From Marsupella aquatica (taxonomy: Eukaryota; Plantae; Marchantiophyta): a DNA stretch of 64,000 bases. The first letter of the stretch is position 1; each line of letters opens with the position of its first letter. The notes below the pieces were generated by a model. The model had not been told where the DNA came from. It made no database searches and saw only the letters and a program-made list of their open reading frames with translations. The stretch is from positions 8,730,184 through 8,794,183 of the forward strand of contig OZ316895.1 of NCBI GenBank assembly GCA_973895155.1, read 5' to 3'. Made by a program: the position numbers and the translations under genes. Positions 27,801 to 37,915 of this stretch are shown here, piece after piece.

Positions 27801-28143
27801 CTGCTGGTCTCACTTTCTTCTCCACTGTTTTGTACTTGGTGTTGACCTCAACAAATTGAGACAACTCGCCATACAGCTCATGATTGATTTCCATATGAGC
27901 TTTCCCCTCTGAAAGACCTTCAATTATTTCTTTCAAAGATACTTCTACTCCTTCTTCATCTAGAAGGCCTTCAATCTCTTCACTTTCCTCTAGCAATCCA
28001 TGTATTTGCATAGTATCCTCAATCCTTGCAATTTTCTTTTTGAATTTTTTAGTAGCTTCACACACTTTCACATAAGAAATTCGACAATGCAAGCTTTCAC
28101 CTTCAAATGAGCTTGCCAACAAACTATTCACATTCCAAGTCAC
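24810..28143 (-). CDS. pol: Gypsy pol (RT, RNase H, integrase), frameshifted
   Basis: LPQGATNS, PFLDD, VDSS..A, DCLPL, ADMLSR, GHRG...CESC, TTAYNPEGNGKIER, RWRGPF; split across ORFs 27628-28143, 25637-27631 and 24810-25568. Confidence 0.92.
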
Positions 28144-28184
28144 CAGCGGGTCATTGGCGATGGCGCCCCGCCTTCCCGCATTGC

Positions 28185-30827
28185 TTAACGAGACGCCTTC
28201 CGGAAATCCTCATTTCCCTCCTTGGGTTCAGGTCCTCTCAACTCCTTCCGATTCCTCCAATGTCCAGGTTTCACTACATGAAATTGGATAACCCGCAATT
28301 CATCCCGACTCCTTACCTTTGCCATATGAGTGCCATCTGGTAGGACCTTGTACTCCATTCGAGCTTGAGTAATGTAAGGCTGCCCTAGAATGAGATCATA
28401 GGGCAAGCTATCATGCACAAAGATGTTAGTTGGTTCTATCACATGGCCAACCTTCACTGATACTCCAGGGCATCCTCCCCAAAGCATATTCTTTGAACGA
28501 TTGATTGAGTTGACAGACCATTGAGTATCACAATCAATCATCCATTGCCCAAGATCATAGATGCTTCTTGACATTAGATTCACCTCAGATCCTGTGTCAA
28601 TCAATGCTCGAGCTTTGCCCTCCATTCCTACAAGCTCTACCTCCACAACTGAGCAAGTTCTTGCCCAAAACGGCTCCAAAATGGACTCCTTGCCGTCTCC
28701 TGAATCAGAATTCTTCATAGCTGAAGCACACATGACCCACACACTTTGTGAGGCCTTGAGCACCTCTTCACGACTAATTTTTGCCATATCCTGGGTCACT
28801 GCAAATCCTGTTGTTGCTTTCGCCAATGGTTTCCACCTCTCCAATACCTCAACTCCTGACATCTTTGGTTCAAGAACTTCCTTTGTTGAAGACCCTAGCA
28901 TCTGTGGTCTGGGGATCTTCTCCGCATTCACTTGATACACTTCACACTCCACACTGGCTTGAGAAACAATTGAACCTTCTCCATCTTCATCAACATCAGA
29001 AAAAACCTCCATTCCCAAGGCATGAGGTCCTTCCTTGTAAAATCGTTTTCGTTTCACCTTTGCAAGTAATGCATCTTGAGCCTTGGAGTTCATGCAAGCA
29101 AAAAACTCCTCATTGGTGACTCCGCTCACCTCCGCTTTCCAAAACTTCTCAGCAACTTGATCATACGCAATGTGTTGCTCAACATCTCTTCCAAGGACCC
29201 AACCAGGTCCTTTCTTTTCCACCTTCTCTTTTTTTACCACTTCCATCTCCTTTGAGGATGAAGGAGTCGAAGTAGGCTCCTTTGTTGTACTTCCTCTATC
29301 TTCAAATCGAACACTCTTCCTTGTTGGGACTCTTGATGATGGCTGCAAAATAGAGGGTCCAGGCTCAACCTTTTGTTTTCCTTTGGCACGTTCTTCCAAA
29401 GGTTCCGACGACTTTCGTTTCTCCTCTACCATAGAATCCCATAGCGATCCCACTTCTGCAGTGAAAGAAGAGATCAACACTGGATCACTCCAACCTGACT
29501 TCCTCCTTACAAACTCTGCTAGTCTCTTCTTGTCTGTCTCTGTTGACGAAGAACTCCCAAAGAGGGTGTAAACATCTGCTTCATGCTCATCCTGATCTCC
29601 AAAAGCTGCTGCAATGGCTGAAGTATGATGTCCAGTCATTCTTCTCTCCACCAACACCTTCATACCGCCCTTGTTTGTGTTTACTAGAATAAGCTCTCCT
29701 GAATCATGATAAGCAAGCTTTCTTATGCCATCATGATCAATGAACTTGACTATTCTCTCTCTCAGAGCAACAGAAAGCTCCCCACATTCACGCCTTGAGT
29801 GCTCCTTACTATCACACCAAATACAATTCCAACTCCTTGCTCCGCCAATGGAACTCCCGGCTCCTGGACCACCTCTTGACGCTGGTCTTGATGCACCTCC
29901 TCCCATCTGCTCGAAGGCTTGGGTGGCAAGAATGGTAAGATTTTTCATGAGTTTAGACAACTCATCTATTTTGTCCATGCTTTTCTCACCCCTACCAGTT
30001 GTTGACTCTATTTTCTCCATTCTCCTCATAGAAGTCACAGGTGCAACCGCATGTAGAGCACCTTCATGACTCAGCTTTTTTCTTCTATGCTTTTGGCTGA
30101 CCCTAAGCACAGCAATCTCAATCTCCTCCCAAGTTGGTGGACTGGCTCCACGACTTGGGTTCATCAATTCCAGAGCAAGCTCCAACTCGTCTTGAAGCTT
30201 CTCATCAGCAGCTCGGATAAGTAAAGTAGCCTTCTGTACCTTGATAACTTCAGAACCAATCTCAGGAAGCTGATTGAACTTCTTCGTAAACTCCCTTATC
30301 AGTTCTTGAGGTCCCAACTTCTTGCTTCTATCGGCCACCCAATCAAGGAAAGATGCTTGAGTAACCCGATCTGGATCTTCAAGCTAAAATTCTTCTTTCA
30401 TCTTCAACTCAAAGACCTTCCATGCTTTCTCCCCAGTAGCTCCATCTATCAAGGTAGTAACAATTCCCTTGAGTTCAGGTTCTACTAAAGATACAAACTC
30501 CTTGACTGCAACTTCTGCATCAATCTTATGAATTGTAGCCTCCGTCCAGTACCCCTTGAGATACTTGGTTACATTTCGCCCATCAAATTCTCCTTGCTTG
30601 GTAAGAACCGAGTGTAGGTACTTCGTGGTCCTACCAAGCAACTCCTTCTTCTTGTTCTCCTCCATCTCCTTCTCCTTCATTCCATGTAAGTAAGCAGCAA
30701 TCAAGGATGAAAACCTCTCCATGTCAGTTGGATTCATCTCAGTTCCCATGATTGCAATTCTTCCCTCTTGACTTAATAATATAAATAAGTTAAGAACTGA
30801 AAGTTCCAAAACCATATCTCTCTTCAT
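28185..30827 (-). CDS. gag: Gypsy gag-protease, one premature stop near 30384
   Basis: EFDGRNVTKYL capsid-like start, zinc knuckle CIWCDSKEHSRREC, aspartic protease ALIDTGSEVN and DLILGQP. Confidence 0.9.
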
Positions 30828-30896
30828 TCATTAGAACTCAAACATGCATAAGCTAACTTCCAAATCCAGCGGTATCCCCAGTATGGTCGCCACTTA

Positions 30897-32054
30897 TGTC
30901 CGGGTGACCGTGTTTTCTAGCAATAGCATGTTGGCTCTTTTGAAGTTAACCTTGCATGCTTATAAGTTCTACACTAAAATCAAAATGATAATTCTAGTAA
31001 CAAGGGTAGTGGGTATTAAGAAAGGTTTAGGTGAAACTAAAATACTGTTAAACCCTATTTCACCATACTTGCGGACCAACACATCACAAAAATTAGTTTT
31101 CTTACGACATATGATCCTAATATCTCCAAGAGAAAATGAAACAGGAATATCATTCGGACTCCTATTCAGATCCATGACTTCAATAAAGGACAAAGATGAT
31201 GCACTCCCACTCCTCTCGGTACGACACCACTGGGTATATTATTGGCTCGTTAGAAACCATAACAGCAGTTGCAAACTGAGCTCCAAAATGATAGGTTAGA
31301 TGTTGCCTCATAGATGGTTTGTCTAAAAGATGGACTCTAATCAAAAACGGATTACGAAGGGGAAGATCAGGGATAACTCTCTCTCCTGGATTCATGATGG
31401 CTCTTCTATTCCTTTGCTATCCGGGCCAAAGGACGCCCCACCCCTATATTCCCAAAGAAACCTTATTCCCTAAGGTCCCATCTATAAATCTACCACTCAT
31501 TCCTTTGCTATCCGGGCCAAAGGACGCCCCACTACTATGTTCAAGGCACAAAAGAGCTTCACAACCTTGAATGATAAACACTGCGGAGTGAGGGGAGAGT
31601 GCCCCTCACCACTTTATTTATAGTGCACACCAAGAGGGCATGGATCAAGCCCAAGCACTTGGATGAAGGCCAAGTGTCAAACATCTAATACCTAAGAGTG
31701 TGCTAGTACTATTCATAGTTGGTGAAACTACTTTTAGTAGGTGGAACTACCATGCGTTGGTGGAACTACTATGCGTTGGTGGACCTACTATGCGTTGGTG
31801 GACCTACTGTGCATTGGTAGAACTACTATGCGCTGGTGGACCTACTGTGCGTTGGTAGAACCACTATGCGTTGGTGAATATTATTGTAGTTGGTGGAACT
31901 ACTCACATGCATTGGTGAAACTTCTATAGTCCGTTAATATAGCTAAAGAAGTTTAATAAAGTTTAAATTTAATAATCTAACTACTAAATTACTTATATAA
32001 TCTATAGCATATTAAAACAAACAATTTTTTATAACTTAAGAGAAAATCACGACA
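30897..32054 (-). repeat. 5' LTR of gypsy element
   Basis: Direct repeat of 23599-24756; followed on the minus strand by the PBS at ~30875-30892. Confidence 0.97.
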
Positions 32055-32180
32055 CCGTGATATCAATGTATGCACGATGGTTTAGTGCTCTTAGCCCGAG
32101 TATTGCTTTTTCAGGTTCCTCCGAACAAAGGAGCCAAAGCCAACCAATCAAAGCGGAAAACAAAAAGAACCAAGAAATTT

Positions 32181-32720
32181 GTAGAGCCACCACCGAACGG
32201 CAACACCACCCTTCCCGTAGATTCTCAGCAAGCTGACCAGGTAACGTTTACAGATGAAAGTTCTTTGCAACATGTGTAAACAGTGTGGAGAACATTTCCT
32301 GTTTTATCAACACTACAAGTTCAAGAGTAGGACATTATGTTGAATACCATGATGTTAATGTATACTCACTGTTTGAATGCGCCTGTACCCCGAGTACTGC
32401 ATTTTAGGTTCCTGAATCCCATGAAGGACCTACACCCGAACAATCTGTAGAGCCACCACCGAACGACAACACCACCCTTCCCGTAGATTCTCAGCAAGCT
32501 CACCAGGTAACATTTACAGATGAAAGTTCTTTGCAACATGTGTAAACAGTGTGGAGAACGTTCCCTATTTTATCAACACTGCAAGTTCAAGAGTAGGACA
32601 CCAATGTTATGTTGTATACCATGATGTTAATGTATACTTACTATTTGAATGTGCCTGTACTCCGAGTACTGCATTTTAGGTTCCTGAATCCCATGAGGAA
32701 CCTACACCCGAACAATCTAA
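32181..32720 (+). repeat. ~265-bp tandem duplication of an exon-intron-exon unit
   Basis: GTAGAGCCACCACCGAAC...CCAGGTAAC...TTTTAGGTTCCTGAATCCCATGA occurs twice. Confidence 0.85.
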
Positions 32721-33799
32721 GAGGAAATCAAAGAGAACCAAGAAATTTGTACAACCACAGAAGCCCGCACCTGAGGTAAGCGTATTTTCAATAGGCCAAG
32801 GAGGAACATTCCAGGGTAGACAGTGGTAAAAATGTATTCTATGTGTACTTATTTGATTTAAACATGCAATCACCTTAGTTTGCAATGACAGGGACCAAAG
32901 GAAGGAGAGCAAGCAACGGCACCCCCGGAGACAGAAAAAAGTGAACCTAGACGTTCAAAGAGGAAGCAAACAACTGCTCCCACCGAAGAGAAAATTGCCC
33001 AAACAAAAAGAAAGACCAGAACTAAACCAAGGTAAGTACAAATCATTGTGTACTATGTGGCCATATTGTATAGGGACTAAACACATGATTCGCTTGATAC
33101 TGATTTCAACCTTACAATTGCAGGATTCATCTAAACAAGTCCAGGATGTCAATGCACAACCAGCACCAGAAGGCAATACTATTGAAACTCAGGGTACTGC
33201 CCTTCCACCGAATGTGTCTGCAATCCCATCAGGAGAGGTGACTACACCGGTAGGGAGCACACCTTCTGTAATTGACTTTGGTGGCATGATTGATTGGTAA
33301 GATGTGTTTCTTTGCTGATTGCTTTCATATGTGAATTTGCAGGAGTACCAGAAACCACCTGATGTGCAACCAGACCCATATGCAAGTAGATGTCGGAGAA
33401 AATTGACAGTTTGTGGGCCATTGGGCAAGGCGCAAAGTGAATTTGTAATCCCAGGGTCTGTACCACAAGAGGTCACTGTGCAGGAGGACAATATTTTGGA
33501 TTCCTTGCACGCATCACAAATTCTCCAAGACTGTAGCCAGGCTGATGTTACCTCTTTTCACAAGGCAATCGATAAAATGATTAGTAATGTGGATGAAGTT
33601 TAGGGTACAATTAGCAATATCTGAGGGATAGTCTAGGGTACCTACCCTGTTTTGTCACCAATGTGTTCATGATAATAAATATGAAATGTTCCTGCATTTC
33701 TTGCTTTCTTTCAAGACTATATAACATGATCTGTTCCAAAAATGGTCATAGTAGATCTGTGTCTGGGATACAATATTTATGTTGTATTCACATTTTCTC

Positions 33800-34290
33800 T
33801 GACTTTACGACGAAGACGCCCCACTGTCAAATCCATCCCACTGACTAAGACGCCCCCCGCCGAAGCCCAAATGGACAAAACCTATGGAATTTGAACACAA
33901 AAAACCCTTTTTCATGTATATGATTTGGACATTGTATTTAGATTTCACACTTGGAAAAAAAATTGTCCCTCCGACTTTATGAACACGCCCTCCGCCGAAG
34001 CCTGCCCAAATGGACAAAACCTATGGAGTCTCAACATAGAAATACCTTTTTCATGTATACACTTTGGATATTGTATTCAGATTTCACACTTGGAAAAAAT
34101 AAATTGTCCCTCCGACTTTACGAACACGCCCTCCGCTGAAGCCTGCCCAAATGGACAAAACCTATGGAGTTTCAACATAGAAATACCTTTTTCATGTATA
34201 CACTTTGCACGTTGTATTCATAATTCACAGTTACAAAAAAATTCATTCACTTGAACTTTACAAAGACAGTCGGGCCTAAATGGAAAAAAA
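33800..34290. repeat. ~120-bp degenerate tandem repeat (x3-4) between convergent genes
   Basis: Recurrent CCGACTTTA(T/C)GAACACGCCCTCCGC(C/T)GAAGCCTGCCCAAATGGACAAAACCTATGGA. Confidence 0.85.
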
Positions 34291-34516
34291 CATGCCATAT
34301 TCAACACTTTAATACTCATACAGCACATGCACCATGGAAGGCGTACTCAGACCTAACAATTGCAAATAAAAGGCTTCACTCCTCATTGGATGGAATACAA
34401 CATCCACTTTGTAACAATTTGAACTCATTCAAGGTAGTGTTTAGGTCCATGCACAAATGTGCCCTACTACCATCTAACTTCCCAATATAGTGAATAGTAG
34501 ACTGTGATGTATATGT

Positions 34517-34738
34517 CTATTCTGTGATATCTACTTCATGAGGTAGCCCAAAATAAGGGCAATTATTAGCAGCTTCTTCAGCAAGTTCAGTGATGCGCCG
34601 TGCCCACTCATAATCCAAGGAGTTTTGAATGCGTGGATTGGAAGGCATAGTACCACTGCCTATTGTTGGTGCTCCAACGGTGACAAGCCACTCACGTTCT
34701 CCAGCATTGTTCACATTGTCATGCTCTTCCCCTTCCAC
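34517..34738 (-). CDS. Last exon of the MULE transposase gene, separated from the rest by the Sola-like insertion
   Basis: Removing 34809-47560 restores a ~100-bp GT-AG intron (donor CAG|GTACC at 47591/47590, acceptor GCAG|GTG at 34739/34738) that joins EDDEQ|VEGEEH in phase 0. Confidence 0.7.
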   Translation of the reverse strand: MEGEEHDNVNNAGEREWLVTVGAPTIGSGTMPSNPRIQNSLDYEWARRITELAEEAANNCPYFGLPHEVDITE

Positions 34739-35309
34739 CTGCGCATTACAATAACACTAGAATAAGTAAACAAATTCTTATGAAACTAGGACTTTTATAT
34801 GGACCTTCAACACAGTGACGGACCAAACGAGAAGTGTGACCACACTTCTTGTTTTGCCCGCGGCGAAAAAAGTTTCTAAGGCAAAAAGTCCTGGATACGG
34901 AATTAGTATTCCCCCCTAAAACTAGTTTTTCGGTTTCAAAAAATGGGAAAAATCGAAGTGAATACGAAGATGGGATACGGCGTATCCCATTTCGGATCCA
35001 ACTCCGGAATTCCAAAAAAAAAAAACCAAACGTAGTAAAAGTGCCGATATTGTTTTACCTGTTAAGAATATTCCCAAACAATTCTTCTCAACAGTAACAT
35101 TTAACCGACTGCGCTGCAACTGCAGTCAAATACTAACCACGGTCAGGGAGAAAACTATAAATAGGAGATCCCTGCTTGAAATTTTTTTGCTCATTTCTTC
35201 TCGCTGTCTATCCTCTTCCTCTCAACGAATGCCCACCGTCTATACAAACTCGTATTCCCCGAAAATCAAATTTGACTAACAGGTGAGAATCTTCATGCAA
35301 ATGGCGAGG

Positions 35310-35765
35310 ACAAATCCCAAATGGGATACGGCGTATCCCGTTTGGGATTCAACCTTCAAATGTCCAATTTTTGTTTCTGTTTAGTTGAAAAAGGAGGTTG
35401 GATGCGAAGTGGGATACCCCTCTGAATATGAAGTATCTTAGCCTCCAACTGTCAAAACCTCAACGTTGAATGCGAAATGGGATACGGTGTATCCAGTTTG
35501 GGATTCGCCCTTCAAATATCCAGTTTTTGTTTCTCTTCAGTGAAAAAAGGATGTTGGATGCGAAGTGGGATACGGGGTATCCCATATCGCATCCAACCTC
35601 CGAATAATAAGTATCTTAGTCTCCAAATTGCAAAACCTCAATGTTGAATGCAAAATGGGATACGGCGTATCCAGTTTGGGATTCAACCTTCAAATGTCCA
35701 AATTTGGTTTCTCTTTAGCTAAAAAAGGAGGTTGGATGCGAAGTGGGATACGGCGTATCCCATGT
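35310..35765. repeat. Array 1 of ~45-bp palindromes (core TGGGATACnnnGTATCCCA), ~88-bp period
   Basis: Five full copies and one half copy, inside a predicted intron (GT at 35283, AG at 35828); one more copy at 34970-34990. Confidence 0.9.
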
Positions 35766-36464
35766 GGTATCTCCCTAGAGTTTTCTTGGCATGGGAAAAA
35801 TCTTATGAATTGCTGATTGTTTCGCAGGCAAAGTTCAACTAAACATGCACTGAAGCTCTTGCTGCCTTTCAGTGACTCAAGCTTTTGCTTTCCTGGAAAA
35901 ATGACATTTTCTCTTGTGAGTCTAATGGCGGTCCAGAATCAAAACCTTGAGAAACGTGCTCGTCGATTGTATAAGCGATTAGTTGCACTCAAAGTTCTCC
36001 GTCCTGGATTAGGAGTGCTATGGACGGGAGGCGTGGATCCACATGATAGTTTGAATCCACTCCGAATAGAGTTTTGTGAAAAAATGAAGACGGAGTTCCG
36101 ATTCGGTCGAGGATATGTTTGAGTGGTTGTCTGCACTCTGTTAATTCTTCTTGTAATTATTGTCGTGATGCCCGAAACAAATATCATCGATTAGCATATT
36201 TGTGTTGTCGGATTTGGAACGAAGATCCTTGGGTTAACTTATTGCGTTGAATCTTCTTGATTAGTGTGTAAGTATTCAGGTGAACGTTCTTGGGTCAAAA
36301 CTTTTGTGAATATATTTTTCTTTTGATCAAAGAAATAAAATCAGTTTTTCTATCACTGTTTTGTAGGTTGCTGAGAAAGTGCTCACCATCTCATTTATTA
36401 CTCCAGGTATCCACTCTTATTTTGGAATGGCCGTCACTGAGAACCCTGTCTTTACAGGTTAGCG

Positions 36465-36965
36465 ATGTCATTCGACATAGAGAAGAAACAAATTCAGCAG
36501 AAAAGTGGCCAAAGGGAATCCAGATTGCTTTTGGATGGACTTCCTGATGAGATTGTTGAAACGTTCATTTGACCCATTTTGAAAGTTTGTTGTATAGAGG
36601 ATGAATTTGATTCCTCCAAGAACCAAGCTGATGAAAGATTGATGCGATTAAAAACAATGGTGTGGCTTGGATGCACCTCCAAGAAATGGAACCAGCTCGT
36701 AATTTGTACACGAGTCTGGGGTATTCTTAGACTAGCAAGAAGCCAGTTTGAGGAAGAAAATGAAATGCTGACAAGCATTCCCGATGGAAAACCCCTTCAG
36801 AATGTTCATATTGAAGCTTCTGTTAGGATGGAAACACCAAATCTTCCTCCAATCGATTTCTTAGGTTTATTTTCAAGGTCTGACCTAAATCGATTTCAAG
36901 AACACTGGCACAATCTTGAGAAAGATGAGCAAGCAAGGCTCTTGGAAATGTATGGGGAAGCTTAG
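36465..36965 (+). pseudogene. F-box-like protein with one premature stop (36570-36572)
   Basis: MSFDIEKK...LLLDGLPDEIVETFI*PIL...LGCTSKKWNQLV fits the F-box pattern LP.EI...I...L...V(C/S)K.W; TGA is likely derived from TGG. Confidence 0.55.
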
Positions 36966-37249
36966 AGCTTTATTTTGTGGCACAATTCTGGATGAATAAA
37001 GAGTTTTGTGATTCTACCCTTACATCAACCCCATTCGCTAAGCGTAAAATCTATTTGGTTTAATCCAGGGACGTGGGGATATGCCTCTCAAGTCCTCTCA
37101 AGCGAAAAAAGTATAAATAAACCTCTGGACTCCAACCCTCCGCTTTTGGATTCACCTTATCGCCTGTGTATACGAAGGTGATAAAGTATAAATAGCAGTG
37201 CCTGGTTAGAAAGTGCACGCTCATTTCTTTTCCTTCTCAACTTCTCCTT

Positions 37250-37866
37250 GCCGTATCCTCCTTTGCATTCAACTCTATTCTTTGCACTTCTGTTCAAAGA
37301 ACATAACTTTTCAATGTTGAATACGAGATGGGATACCGCGTATCCCATCTCGCATCCAACACCCTCTTCTTAGTATTCCATCGGAACCTCCTGGCTGTTT
37401 GTTGACTTTGAATACAAAATGGGATACCGCGTATCCCATTTCGGATTCAACTACATCTCTCTGGTCTTTTATTGCAGAGTACTAGAAATTCCTGATGTTT
37501 AGGGTTTAGCGCCTTTGCGGAGGATCATTGCAAAAAGAGCCGCATTGGATGATGTTGGATACGAACCGGGATACCCCGTATCCCATTTCGCATTCAACTT
37601 TCTATTTTTTGTTCTTTGCATCAGACTAGGGAATTGTTGACGTTGGATGCAAAGTGGGATACCTCGTATCCCATTTCAAATTCAATTCCCTATTTTTTGT
37701 GTTTTGTATCAGACTCGAGGCAATTGTTGAAGTTGGATGCAATGTGGGATACCGCGTATCCCATTTCGCATTCAACTCCCTATTTTTCATTCTTTGCATC
37801 AGACTCTCGGCAGTTGTTGATTTTGGATGCGAAGTGGGATACTGCGTACCCGATCTCGCATTCAAC
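37250..37866. repeat. Array 2 of ~45-bp palindromes upstream of the ParB-MTase start codon
   Basis: Six full copies, e.g. 37316-37360 GTTGAATACGAGATGGGATAC-CGC-GTATCCCATCTCGCATCCAAC. They lie between a TATA box (~37187) and the acceptor TTTACAG at 37911. Confidence 0.92.
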
Positions 37867-37915
37867 TACTTTTGTATGTTTACGCCCTGGTTCTGTGTCA
37901 ATCTTTTACAGGAAC

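Larger units (their letters stand above)
23599..32054 (-). mobile_element. Full-length Ty3/gypsy LTR retrotransposon (no chromodomain), recent insertion
   Basis: Two 1158-bp TG...CA LTRs, 4-bp TSD CCGT (23595-23598, 32055-32058), PBS-like TGGCGACCATACTGGGGA, PPT GGTAGGGGTGATG, domain order gag-PR-RT-RH-INT. Confidence 0.97.
22214..33603 (+). pseudogene. Multi-exon gene of unknown function (N-terminal C2H2-like finger, Lys/Pro-rich repeated exons), interrupted by the gypsy element in an intron
   Basis: FKCICAGH...FQTHLSTKH; ORF 22530-23297; short GT-AG exons at ~23423-23553, 32115-32240, 32409-32506, 32680-32775, 32892-33031, 33124-33296, 33343-33603. Exact structure is uncertain. Confidence 0.45.
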
